In this document: piece by piece, positions 14,001 through 27,483 of the stretch
Layout: every line of letters starts with the position of its first letter
How positions within the stretch are numbered: the stretch's first letter is position 1
Origin: Balanoglossus misakiensis
Taxonomy: Eukaryota; Animalia; Hemichordata
Direction: 5' to 3'
DNA: 64,000 nt
Assembly (NCBI GenBank): GCA_040954595.2
Contig: CM082581.2
Span: 9,651,878-9,715,877 of the forward strand
The notes under the pieces: model-generated
Databases searched by the model: none
Told to the model about the DNA's origin: nothing
The model's input: only the letters and a program-made list of their open reading frames with translations
Program-made: the position numbers and the translations under genes

Positions 14001-17000
14001 GCCGGCCATCAACATTATTTGTTGGGTTTTTTCGATAGAAACTGTAACACAAACACCGACTTTCTGAAGGTAACAAGGTTTCTGTTTGTGTTGCTGGATA
14101 TTTCTAGCACCTTTGGTAGTCACAACAGTGATATGACAATTATAATTTTACAATTTCAGCGACAGAGAAGAGCTTGGAGCCTATGGATACTAAGATGTGA
14201 AGAGACTGATGAGAGAAAGTTATTACCTCAGACAAGGAAAGCTCACAGACATTATAGGTAATGCCTTGCAAGTTCTTCGGTTTGGTTGCAGTCTCTCCAA
14301 CAAACTTGCACTATACATGTATATGATAACAGCACTAAATCTGTCATGGAACAATTTTCTTTGTAGGTATAAAGCATTGAAGCAGTGTTTCCAACAGTGG
14401 AGTAGATACATTGGGTGGAGAAAACACAGACAGGTAAGAGTATTTGCTTGTGTGTTCTATTAAAATCAGGTACAACTGATTGATTGCATGATATGCTTGA
14501 AGACTTAAAATGAGTCTGCCTTTTTTTTTGTATCTTTCAGAGTCAGTACAACCTTGCAGACGCTCACTACATCAGTAAAGCATTGCCGAAATGTTTATTC
14601 CAGTGGAGAGTTTTTGTACAGATCATGAAAGATAAGAAAGAATTAACAGAGGAATCCACCCGGTTTAGAAGGTTGGTCAGTCTGTCTCGTATGTGCCCGT
14701 TTGTGACTCATGTCATCCATAACAAACATGTGTAGAAAAAATGACAAATATTTCAACTGTTTGTGTATGCTTACTGTTCTTTCAGATCTATATTGTACAG
14801 TAAATACTTCTATGGTTGGCTAGGGGCATATCGCCAAAGTCAAGATGACAGAATGATGCTCCGAATGGTGAGTTAACTAAACGAATCAAAATGTCCAACA
14901 TAAAGTTGTCCCAACCCGACTCGTTCCAAAAGTAATTCATCCCAATGCCAGTTCAAGATGGGAGCAAGATTTCTTTTTTCGATCAAATGGATGTGAATTG
15001 CAGTGACTGACATTGTTGTGTTTGTTGTAACAGGCTATTCTGCATAATGACAAAGTGTCAGTGCAGCAGGCATTTGTGAAATGGAGGAACAGAACAAGAG
15101 AAAGACTGCACCAAGCTGAGCAAGAGGTGAGTTGTAATTCGATCCCTTACGTTGAAATGTGTACAACCATATATCCATCCATGTGTAATATGTTGCGACT
15201 GCTGCATAAAGTATCAATGACACTGGTCATAATTCACCATTTTATCTCTTACTAGGAAATAGCAAAAATTCACTATCTTGATCAACTTTGCAAGAAGATG
15301 TTCAAAGACTGGAAGCTTTATCGAGATGAAAGTAAGAAAGGGTAAGTGAGAAGCAAGTTATTGGTACACTTACTGTAAGTTTGTTCTTTCAGCATCATTG
15401 TGTCATTTCATTAATCTGGGGAATCGTCAGGAAAACTATGATTTACATTATTCTACTTATTCACAGTTATGATTTAGAAAGGAGAGCTGTCAGACATCAC
15501 TATTTGAGGTCAACTGGGAAGAGCTGGAAAGCCTGGAGACAGGTGAGTGTATGAGGTTTATGCTGAAAAATGTGAGCTTGAAACCTACCTTGTGTTTTGG
15601 GGGAAATAATCATAATTTGACAAGTCTGTATTCTACCTGTGTCTCTGTCTCCTCCTCTCCCCTCCCTACCCGTATGTTGTCATGATTCATTAGGAGGGTG
15701 GCCTTTATTTATGATCATATCTGCTTTTGACATACCGGTAACTAAATTCTTTCTTATGATTGCTTCTACAGTATGTCGAAAACTGCCAACGGAAGAAATC
15801 CAAAGAAAACAAGGCAGTTGCTCACTACAGTCAGAAGATATCACTGAAAGTCATCACAGCTTGGAAAGTATGAAATCACACTGTATTTCTCTGTTAAAGT
15901 GAAATAATTTAGTGTTTTAGTCAGTAAACCATGGAGAGGAAGGCCAGCCTTTGCTTTCTGGAAGGAAACATTTGCTGTGAAAGCATGGCCTTTAATGACT
16001 TGTTCTCACCGTTATGCTTTTCAGCTTTATACCAGACAGTGTCTGAACACGAAGAAGGTTGTCGAAGAGAAAGTGTCAATGCACAACCGGCATCTCTTGA
16101 GGTAATTTTGTCTGCTCTGTTTTCTCTCTGATCTGCAAAAACTCAAGTGATACACTTGTGTGACTAAACGAAACAACACCATGTTTGCTTTTCACGAGGT
16201 CATTCACACAAATAGTACCATTTTTGCGGAATGATGTAACAACATTCGTAAAGTAAACCATGTTACATTTTCCAGGTGGGCACTGTGGCAGTGGTACGAG
16301 AATGTGAAAAGTCAAGTTGAAGAACAGGCACTGATAGACAAAGGTGACAATCACTGGCAGCTGGTGATCCAGACTAAGGTATCCTTTGATTCGTTTTTAA
16401 GTAATGAAACTGAAATTGTGCCGAGTTGTGTACTAACATCATTGAACTTGACCATGGGGCAGTCTTGCTGCGAAGATTTTATTATAGTTACATTGCATGT
16501 AATAGTTTGTTGGTTTACTGATCACAGAGTGTTTCACTTGCAGGTGTTGAGATCTTGGCATGAATACACTATCAGTCACATCTACAAAAAACATTGCAAG
16601 CAACAAGAGGTGATAGAAGCCAGGCTACAACTTGATAAAGGTAAGCTTTTTCCATTTTGTCAGCTTCATGCAACGTTTTTCGTTACCAAATCAACTAACT
16701 ACTCTAGCAAAGTAGAAAGAACACATATTTTCCAAAGTACTAGAAGCTTTCCTTTCTTATACTACCCTTGCAGCAAAAGTGGGGCGATTTTTCCAGCAGT
16801 GGGTTGAAAACCACAAAGAAACTTTGAGAGAGAAACAACAACTGCAGAAAGCAGTCGAACACCAGAAGAAAAAACTCTATGCAAAGACAATGAAAGCATG
16901 GACAATATACAAAGAAATGGCCATCCGAAAACAGGTATATTCTAAGCTGTCAATATTGTGTCTCCAAACTATATTTGATTATTATTTTAGAGACTAATGC

Positions 17001-19769
17001 ATAGTGGTTTTCACTGAGAACTTTCCTCAAGAACATCTCTGATTATTTTTCAGCTGTTGGCTAAACAGTGCATGTGGTTGCACAATACTAGAATATTGAC
17101 ATCATACTTCCTACAGTGGAGAAAGCATGTAAGTAAAACATTCATTGACAATATCTAGTTTTCCTTGGGAAGTAACTTTTATCAAGTCTTGCTGTGCCCA
17201 CCCCTTGCAGTTATTATTATTTTTCTGAGTTAAGTTTTCATATATCACGGCAAACTTTGTTTGTAGTTTCAGAATGCGGAGGACGAAAACGCCCAGACAG
17301 CGATGGCTTTGTGGCAGTGGTCAACTGTGTTGCAGAGGAAAGCATTGGTCAGCTGGCACGAGTACACCAGGGAGAAGAAACGGAAATCCCAACGCATCGC
17401 CGAGGCTCTGGATCAGCGTAGGCAGAGGTTGCTACGGGCCGGTGTCAGTCAGTGGCTGCGAGTGGCCACCGATCTCTCATCCAGCAGAGCCAGCTATGCT
17501 GCCCAGCAACAAGCCAAGGTAAGCTGTGGCATCACCATTTGTCATGGCTACTGTAACCCCTTTCACCACCATGGTTCAGTCCAAACCCATTGTTTTCTAA
17601 TGATAAGGTTGGACCTCTAAAGAGGGAACAGGGGGTGAAAGGATTAATCGTTGCTGGTTCCTAAAAAAAGACGTTCAAAGCACCGTGTATATAACTACAT
17701 GTACTTTTCTTTTACATATGATTTGTCTTCCTCAGAATGCCTATGGGACCATGCAAGTTGTGTACAGATGTGCCAAGCATTGGAAAGAGTGGACTAAGAG
17801 GAGAAAGCAGCAACCAATCAGGAGTCGCGTTACATCCAAGCTGATACCCATAGCAACAAGTGTCTCACCTGTGAGGCCGACTGAAAGACATTCCAAACTC
17901 AGTCAAGGCTTGCAGCCTGTTGACAAGTAAGTAAATTTTCATCGAATTTCATGCAGTTTAAACAATATACTATTGTGTTTATGTGAGGGAAGAAAGAAGT
18001 TTTGTATAGAAAATATCACATAAGGCCCTGACTACAATTGCCTTGTATGATCATGGATATTCCCAGGACAGGGGGAGATCTGGTGGAAGTCATCATGAAT
18101 CATGTTTCATTGATGCACTGTTGTACAATTTTATTGAAACAGATTCGTTCCTGGAGTCGATACAACTCAGAAAACAAGACCTCGACCCAGACGTCCCGAT
18201 TTCCTGGTTGATTCATTGCAGAGAGAAGGGTTGATTGAAACTGACACAGACAGAATTGAAAGGTTGGCACTAGCTTCTGTATAAATCCAATGCATCATAT
18301 TTGTGGAGTCTTTATCGAATCAAGTACATAGGAATGTCATTCATTTTCATTTCTTTATTCTTTGTACCTGTTCTAGACTTATTGAACCCAGAAAACCTGT
18401 GCAGGTTGAGGCTAATTATAAACAAGAAGAGGAAGGTGTCCAACAAACGATGGAGGAAGAAATTCAGCCAAGACTGGAACCCACACCCGTGAAACTGATA
18501 CACACCGACCTTCACGAGATCAGCTCAGTCACCGACAGTGAATTCTCCGAGGTGGCCCCAAAGCAGACCGCACTTCCCGGGTATGGCAGAGCTCCGGAGA
18601 GAATCCCCAGAAAGCTAAACTATGAAACGGCCATTGACGGCGAGCGCCCACAACAACAACAACGGCCATTGGTGGAGTTGGTGGAACTTGACGACAGAGA
18701 AGTCAAGATGATCATTCCAGTTTCTCTGCCTGCGATGCCAACAAAGACAGCAGATGGTGCGTCTCATGGTGGACACGCGTCTCAAGCTCCACCAAACAGA
18801 GACGGTCAAACCACTCCCAAGAAAGACGCCCCAGTTCTACTCCCACCTTCAGCATTTACCATCCCCAGCCCCCACCTGCCTCCCTCCCCTCCGAGGCTTC
18901 AAGCGGGAATTCCACTTCTCCCCTCCTCCCCACCAAGACCCCAGACGCGCCTTCCACCCTCCCCTCCAAGGCTCTGGCAACCCCCAACACAACAGCAGAA
19001 TCTCTCCAAGTCGCCGACAAGAAGACCCGCACCCCATGCTGCCACTGAACCAACTCAGTCACACGTGACATCAGCCCAGACAGTTGAACATGCAAAGAGT
19101 CGGCAGAGCATACTCAAGGAAGTTATGCAAATCAAACAACATTTGCAGGAACATCAATCTAATGTGCAGCAACTCAAGTAAGACATTAACATATTAATAG
19201 TCAGCTAGAATTTTCAGTTACAACCATTAGATAAGCCATGATAATTAATAATTACTACTACTACTGCTGTCTGTACTAACTCATTGCCGTTCGCGTAACA
19301 TTTATTTTTTCATAGGGTATTGCAGAAACAAAGGGAGCAGCTGGAAAGTTGGATAGAAGACCAAAAGAGTGGTGTTAATATCAGTCTGAACATGCAGACA
19401 GATATTGAACAGGTCAAAGGTGAACTCAACATGGTAAGTTGTGATGTGGAGTGAATTTTGTCATTGTCACAGGATCCCTTGCAGTCAGTGAAAACACACA
19501 TGTAGATACTCAAGAAAAATGTAACTGTTCTACAGTTTCAACAAAATCTTATCTTCTTAGCCCTTACCATGTACGTGTGCGTACTAGGTATGTGTGTATG
19601 TGTGCATGTATGTACCACCATCTTCAGTCAGATATAATGCTTCATGTTTTCTTTGCTATTACAGATGGTTGTGGAGATAACAGAATTATCTAAAAAGATT
19701 TCTGGCAAGAAGGACAAAATGAGAGAACTGGCTGACAGAGCAAACTCCCTCATCAGACAAATTCAGTAG
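11083..19769 (+). CDS. SFI1: Protein SFI1 homolog (centrin-binding centriolar scaffold), many short exons
   Basis: YDWNRGGRLKEIRIR|HLARKFLGIWIQNTFGRVKP matches the SFI1 N-terminus. Repeated Trp-containing Sfi1 repeats follow (e.g. LKQCFQQWSRY, LQRKALVSWHEY), then RPRRPDFL, a Pro-rich linker and a C-terminal coiled coil; stop TAG at 19767-19769. The start codon is inferred. Confidence 0.9.
13469..13683 (+). other. U12-type (minor spliceosome) GT-AG intron in SFI1
   Basis: 5' splice site GTATCCTT. Branch site TCCTTGAC (13669-13676) ends 7 nt before the intron end, with no polypyrimidine tract. Splicing keeps the frame (WKQ-Y-IDICDVK). Confidence 0.88.
17553..17647. mobile_element. Short TIR element (MITE-like), copy 2, in an SFI1 intron
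   Basis: TAACCCCTTTCACC...GGTGAAAGGATTAA; shares CCATGGTT, TCCAAACCCATTG, GGACCTCTA and AGAGGGAAC blocks with the reverse complement of copy 1. Confidence 0.65.
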
Positions 19770-20411
19770 TATATAGAAACCTATTAACCTTTACATGTTT
19801 TTTTGATATGGCAGCTAATAAAACATAGTGATACATGTAGACGTTTAAGCAATGCATGGGGAAACGAGTGTGAAATTATCAGTGTCATTCTTATAAATGA
19901 TATTGTACTGTATACAATTAAGGATATGGAATGTTTATTACAAAAGGATGTGAAAGTATAACATGATTCTTACATAATTGATACATTTGTATGACATTAT
20001 AGTATAGTCACAAATATTTATAACTGGGAGAAACTACTCCCAGAAAAGTATTAAAAAAATGCTAGAAATAATGGAAAGAAACTGAACAAATAAGAGCAAA
20101 ATAATGAAAAACTCAATGGTGATTTTTTCAGAACTAGAACTTTAATGAAAGAAGGAAAATAACAATATGAAATAGACAATGTAAAACAGAAATAATTTAT
20201 CAAAGAAAATGATAAACACAACCAGGGTAACAGAAAATCAACAAAGACCCTAATATTATAAATTTCTGTCTCAGGATAGTCCCTGTCAGATTTTTGGGTT
20301 TTCAGGCTCGCTCAACCAACTGTTTGTATTCATAATTCCATGTAAATAACAACACAACTTGGAAATGTGACATGCTTCATTGCCATCATCATCATGTGAT
20401 CATATTCATGA

Positions 20412-22428
20412 TCAATTTCCCAGCTGCTGCTCTACCTGATGTTCTGTTGATGATCCACCAGATTGTGATCCAGCATTGTCATATTTGTCTTTCATCTCGG
20501 CCAATTCTGCCATGGCTTTGGACAGTGCTGTTGAGTATAAAACAAAGTTGGCTGATCATCTCTGCTTGATGCAATGAGGTTACTGTTATACATGTAGTAT
20601 TATGGTGCTTCAGATTACTATAGAACTTTTCCCAGTTATTTGTGTTGGGGGTTCAACATTCACTACAAATAGGATTGAATAATCAGGTATATGAATACAG
20701 AAGCTAGCAACAGAAACTACATGATCAGGTGAAAGATAGTTCTTGCACTGAACTTACCTTCTTTTGTTTCATTCAATTCAATTGTGATTTCCAGCTTGCT
20801 TTTCTGATGGAACATAAAACGAAAGAGTATATTTTAAAGACAGACTTTCATATGTGCAAATGTTGATAGCATATACAGTAGTCGCATGCAAACAACACAA
20901 ACAGTATTCAAATAAAAAAAAACCCTGGTATATATCAGTTTGGAAAGTTTTAGTCTCAGAGATGTGCAACACTTTTACTGTACCTTCAGATTGTCAACAT
21001 CCTCTGGTGAGCTTTCCTGGACTATTAATTCTTTTCCACTTTCTGAAGACGTGCTGGCAATAATCTTTGTCTCCAGACCCGCCTTGTCTGCTATTGCATC
21101 CCGCAGTAGAAGGAGAACACTGGATGAATGATATTGTACATATAAATAACAAGGTTATATATGATCATGCAGTAGACATTTATCAGGTATATATACGTTT
21201 CATGTGGAATGAAATAATGAACCAGACTTTATATTTGGCTATGACAAGTTGGGATTAACACCAACATAGGGCGCATACTCTGATAATACTGATTTCAATG
21301 AAACTTACACTGTTAGGTAGAGAGTGAACCCAGTGATGAGTAGAGTTTTGGACTCCCGGTAATACCTTTCTTCTTTCATGTACACAGCACATGGATTTCC
21401 TGCGATCTCAATTGTTTCTTGTTGTTTGTCGGGAAAGTACATCTTGTACACATCATGCGCAGAATCTTTTTTTTTAAGAAGAGAGGGGGAGAGTTATATA
21501 GCGGTACACAGAGTTTGATCGTAATTTTAGAAAACCACAAAAAGATTAACAGCAAAAAAAACGAGAACTTACCTAAGAACGAGACTGTCACAATTGCCAT
21601 AAGAGCAACAAGAAAGTACTGGTATTTCAGGTGTGCGCGGAAAGTTTTGTTCACCGTCTCCCGAACCTTGGACCATACAGAAGAATTATACAGGTGTACC
21701 CATCTGTAAATGGAGATATGTATATGATATGATTTGTGTAGTGATTTCTGTGTGGAAGGGATTCTTCAAATGGCAAAAGCTGCAGGATGAAACTGATTGT
21801 GATTTTACATACGGGTACGTGTTGTTTTGATCATTAATTTCATGCACAAAAAATGTACATTACAAGAAATTATGGAATACAACTGACAAAATTATTACAC
21901 GAAGTTTCTGTTTTCTCATCTGCGGATACAGATATACACGGCCATTAGCTCAAGAAACTAAGAAGATATAATGGGCCTAATTAACAACCCATTTACGCAA
22001 ATATTGCAAGAGCCACGAAACTTGCTACATTGACTGTAGAGTCAATGTTTACATTGACACTTAGTAACCATTAAACAATTCCAAACACACTTCCATTTGT
22101 CTGCGCAGACTATGAATGAACAATAACGTTCATAGCTGTCTGAAATTCAACGGATCAAATGAAAAATATTCCAGTTTAACGGGGGTAACCGCCGGGGGTA
22201 CGCGGTGTCCGACTCAGGGGTCTGTCCGACCTGTCGATGTCACATATGGGTCTGGGGAATGCATGGGGTGGGCGTGGTCCCGGGAATGGGGCGTGTCCGT
22301 TGAGCTCTGAAGCCCAGGGTATCAACTCACGTGGTAGCCTTTACGAAAGGGTTCAGAAGAAGGAGGACGACAACCATTTCAACAACCAGGAAACCAGCCG
22401 CGATTTGAAACAACAGATTCACGGCCAT
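20412..22428 (-). CDS. BAP31/BAP29-family ER membrane protein, divergent (~227 aa); exons 22428-22331, 21703-21573, 21465-21309, 21119-20984, 20803-20758, 20527-20412
   Basis: MAVNLLFQIAAGFLVVEMVVVLLLLNPF (TM1), YFLVALMAIVTVSFLDSAHDVYK (TM2) and ERYYRESKTLLITGFTLYLTVVL (TM3, compare BAP31 FRAQRNLYIAGFSL), followed by a coiled coil. Exon lengths sum to 684 nt in frame. The last exon is less certain. Confidence 0.75.
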
Positions 22429-24042
22429 GTTGGTTGCTTCTCTCGTCTACTAGCTACTGCTCCTGTTACAACTTGAGGTCAAAGGTCACGTTAGGGTGAA
22501 AGGGGACAGTGATTGGACCACCCAGCATGCCAAGGAAGTTGGATACCATGGAAGTTTTCAAGAAAATGGACAAATTACGTTCGATTTAGTTCATTGGAGT
22601 TGAGTGTGCTGTGGTTTGTGGGATTGTTGCATGACTGTCTCATCCTGGTTTTAAGAGTCTCATTACTATAGCGCCATGGCAACAAGACAGAAATGACAGA
22701 ACAGAATACTCAATCATAATAATGGCAAGGTTTTGTTTTATTAACATATGAAATTTAACCTCAATATCATAAGTAGTGATTTTCGCCAATACGATCCTTA
22801 TTACAGGGAAAGTACATACATAAATAAATTAAAAAATCATTGACTGCCAATAACTGAACAAACTTGCTTTACATCAAATTGCATGGGGGAATGCAATTCA
22901 TTTATCAGAGAATGCAATGAGCTCAAACTCTTCTCAAATTATCAGATTATTCTCTGTTCATATTTACACTCTATCAAACATGTACATTTGATTGAAAACT
23001 GTTTATATGATTGCATTTCTGACATAATTGCAAGTTGAGCATCTTGCCTGTAGTGTACCGTGAAAGTGTGAAAAAATAGACACTGAGTTGGTACACCACT
23101 GCAAAGTTTCATATATGGCAGTGACAACCGTACTGAATCACTCACTCACAGTACCATGTGTTCTTTCATAACAAATAAAATGTCTTGGCGAAAACTAGGG
23201 AAGGTCAAATTTTCTTAAGTAGTACGAGTAAAACTTTTGCATACACACAAATAATATAACATAAGATCGAAGTTAATCTAGATTTATTTCCACAGACTTT
23301 GCTGTCCAGCATGCATTTATTGGCCAATTAAAATCAATTTGATATTTTTCAGCCAATGAAGAGAGACTGTATATTTTGATGGCTACTTGTTTGTATCAAC
23401 TGTTTCACCTTCTGGTGTAAGGTGTTTTATATGTTGAATTTGGCTGTCAACAGAGTTTCTTGATTCGTCAACTGGGCCAAAGCAACACTGGGGTGGCCAC
23501 AGCTTCAATGTTGAAATCCCTCACAGATCACTGAGTACATGTACATGTACTTCAAAATGGTGGAAGAGATATAACATTCATGCAGACTTGGCAAGCTGTA
23601 GTGGTAATACGTGTACTTTAAAGAATATATGGCAACAGAGCAAATCATGCAATATGTAAATATGAATATGTATTTCATCGACAATCCAAAGGAAGGCTTC
23701 GAGGTTTCAGCTTTAAGTCAAATTCACTCATAAATGCAATAAATATTGATGTACATGTATTGACTCAAAAACAGCAGATATACATGGAACATAATTGTTT
23801 CATTATTTTGCTATTTATATTTCTTCATACGACTGCATCTCAAAAATTGGAAGAGCTGCAGAGTTTTCTTCACCGTTTAGCCAAGATAGTGAAAAAAAAA
23901 GAACACAAACGGTGGGCAAAGTTTCAAACTGAGCTGCAAATCTGGATCCTATTCACAGAGATCTGAGCTAATCTCTCATCCGAAGGCAAGGTAGGATAAA
24001 GAGAGCTTCCTTTATTGAACTCCCGATTATCTGACGGTAGTG

Positions 24043-27000
24043 TCAAAATACTGGCGAGTTGGAGACTCCATAGTCTGTGTTGCTGTTCTGACTCGATATG
24101 AACGTACTGTCACTGTCTGTGCCATTATCGTCCACAAACTGCTCATACTTCGGCTCACGTCCCTTGTCTTTGATACCCTTTTCTGCCACATTATGTCCAT
24201 TTGCCTCATTCTGCATTCCCCTGTTCATGCTGCGACTAGGCTGGGGCTCTTCTGATATAAATCGTTTCATTCTTGCATTGCCCCGCGACTTCTTGATGGA
24301 GTCCACCATTTCGTTGATCATTCCGGCGAACGGATCTGACGACTTTGCCGGCTCTGGTGCCACCACCACCATCACCTCCTCTTCCTCCTCCTCATCTCTG
24401 GGTGAAACGTCGTTTGTTGGCTCATCATCTGTTTCCGTGGTGATTGCATTGGTTTCCATAGCAACTGGCGCCATGTCTTGGTTGTGTGTTTCGGGTGAAC
24501 TGATCAGGATTGGTTCATCTTGTCCTGGTGATCTGGCCACATCTGCAGGTTCCGCTGGAATAAATAAAATAGAATACATTCACCCCAAATGATATGAGCT
24601 TTATAACCACTCACTACAGATTTTGGAAAGATATCCACTTTGGTATTCAATCCATTCTGGTCATTGATGTACAATGATCAAAGTCCTTGCATTCACCTTG
24701 GTTGACCTTCTCGGCTTCCTTTGTTTTCCTTTTCGTCTCAGCTTTTCTTCGGAGTTCACTGACCTCACTTGACAACTTCTCAAGCTTGTCTTCACTTGCA
24801 GAGACGTTTCCTTGGAGAGACTAAACAGGGGGAAAAGTGAATTCATACAAGATGTATTTCTGACATGACATCTTGGTTGAAGTAGTCCTCTAGACTTTTT
24901 TACTGACAAGGCCTCCCCTGGTTGTCATACTCAGTTGCTGGTGTATTTTTCCCGATCTGTTGTACCTGAATTTATTAGCAAACTTATTTTGACTCACCAC
25001 CAGTTTTGATTGCATCAGTGTGTTCATTTGGAGAATAACTTTCACAGAATGTAACTGTCCCACATCATCCATGAATTTGTCACTGTAAGTAGAAAAGGAA
25101 ATAGTTTGGCTTCACTTGAAAGCAGCCTGTTATCTTGGGAATATCAACTGTGGTGATACACTGTTAACAAAAGCAGGTACCTTCACAAGAGAAGCGATGA
25201 GTCATTGTCATGAATGTGTCTTATCATATAGGAAATGTAGAAGACAGCCAAACTGAGAGGCTAATTCAGACAACATAGTATATGAAATTGATTGTGTATT
25301 TTCTTTATGAATAATGTTAACATGTCACACCAGACTGTGTCCAAACTATCATATTCAGTTGAACAATTAAATATACATACCGAAAACTGTCTAAGACATT
25401 ATTGTAGCTGCCATTCCTTGCAGATAACGCTGAGTTCTGTTTGGTTCTGTACTCGGAGTGCTCCGTGTTTCCAAGATTGAAAATGGTGACCGGCAAAGGT
25501 GTAAATTCACTGTGATCAACAAACCAAAACAACTGGTGATTACTAAGACAAAACAAGACAATACATACCGGAAATAGAAACTCTAAAATTTTAGTTGTGA
25601 AATCAGAGAAGTTAAGCAAAGCTTCTCACCTGCCGTTATAAGTCAAACACAAGTAATCTGTCGAATGAGTTGATATGGTTATGTTGGCAAATGAGGTAAA
25701 CAGTCCAAATAAAAATGTCTTCTCCGAAACGTCCCGGAATATTCTTAGAAGACTCTGATGGACTGACTGTTCCCTCATGGAGACCTCCAATGACGTCATC
25801 CTGCGAAATTTATACCAGCCGACAACATGCTGCAAGAGATGTCATGAAGAACATTAGGAAATCCAAAGCAAAATATCTGTGATTCCTCAGACCTCTAATT
25901 ACAAAAGAAATTCAAATCAAAGTAACCAAGAGGGCATGTATATCAGTGTGACTCCTTTATTCACCAATGCACACATTGCTCACTACAGCAATCTTTCTGA
26001 CCTTTGACACTGAATCTTCATTTACTATCCTACCTTGTAATTCTCTTTTAACATTGACAACAGCTGGACTTGGTTCACATGTCCTTTCCTGTTGTAAAAA
26101 CTGACAAAAAGTAAAAAGCAGATTAGAAATTAATCAGATCTTTTGAAGCCCTCTTTGCTGACGTCATTTCCCCTCCCCTCTTCACATCTCTTCTCACAAA
26201 ATCACCACACAGAAGTACAAATCTAAAAGTCAACTTACCTGCCAAGTTCAGGACATGGAAAATATGAAAATACATCTGTAGAGGGTAGAAAACACCAACA
26301 GTGAAAGTTTGATATGTCCACTACATACTTGCATAAAAGCAGCATTGTAAAGCTTTCACAATGTGATTTAGAGCCATTTTGTTGACTCAATCTATATGAT
26401 AGTCTGACAAGAAAGTTGACTGCATATGTATAAGTACTACACTGTTCCTTTATTATATTTCTCTGTATGTCAGTGTATTCACATTTTAACTTGTTTTCTG
26501 GGAAATTAAAGTATTAGGACTTGGAATGACATACTTATGGCTATTTCTTCTTTCTTGTGTTTTTCATGTGAATCTGTGATTTGGCTGGTGACATGTCGGG
26601 TCACTTCTCCAATCAGGAACCCTTCCTGCAGAAAATAGTGCAACGATTAACAACTTACTACTATAGTATGTCAAAAGAAGTATGATTATCACAGTTTCTT
26701 TCAACTCATGACTCTTGGGTTGGTAGTACCAGTACATGTATTCAAAACAAGCTGTCGTAATAAAGACATATCCCAGAAATCTTGTGAAGTACGTATGATG
26801 AGTCCTTGAGTTAAAGGACACCAAACGGATGTTTACACTCCATTAATAATGATATCCTCTTAGCATATAGCGGGCTTGTCAGAAATTTCGGGTGTCAGAC
26901 GACACTGAAACAAACTCTCGTCGTCCTTTTTAAGGGGTAACTCGCTCTCTTTGATTTTATATATATATTTTGAGGGTTTTTTTCTCAGGTAAGCACCGGA

Positions 27001-27483
27001 CTGAATTACACTGTGCACACATACAATACATCATTACATGTTGTACGTTCCCACATACTCAGCCCAGTGGTTCGTACTGTCATTATCCAAGACTATTAAA
27101 GCATCCAAAGATACGCATAAGTTGGGAGAAAAATAACTGTACTTTGAGACTACATTTGAGATTCAGATAACAACATAAGAACTTGTTAATGAACTTTGAA
27201 ATTCCGGTAACATGCCAGGAACATGACATAATCGATTCGATTACGGAAAGCAGGAAGTGAACGCAAGGTACATAAGTGGGGCTAAAGGGTCGACGGTCAA
27301 AATAGAATGATTATTCTTGTTTAATGTCTCTTTTCCTCAAAACGTCTACGTCGCAAAAACTTAAGATCTTCGGTGGTCTTGTAGTCGGACTATCACGACT
27401 TAACTCACCTGATCTCCTTGACAATTTTGCTGATCAAGAATCAGAGAACTCCAAAGGCCTCCACTTATGTTGACAGACGCCAT
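24043..27483 (-). CDS. ABRAXAS1: Abraxas/FAM175-family MPN- scaffold (BRCA1-A / BRISC subunit), about 9 exons
   Basis: MASVNISGGLWSSL..DQ|EGFLIGEV..ITDS, VVGWYKFRR..SMREQSVH, STHSTDY, PVTIFNLG, a coiled coil, and C-terminal SNSPVF*. Assignment to ABRAXAS1 versus ABRAXAS2 rests only on the tail motif. Confidence 0.87.

Noticed and set aside
20040-20250. A-rich quasi-repetitive tract between SFI1 and the BAP31-like gene
   Set aside because: Low-complexity sequence, probably a U-rich 3' UTR on the minus strand, with no defined repeat unit.
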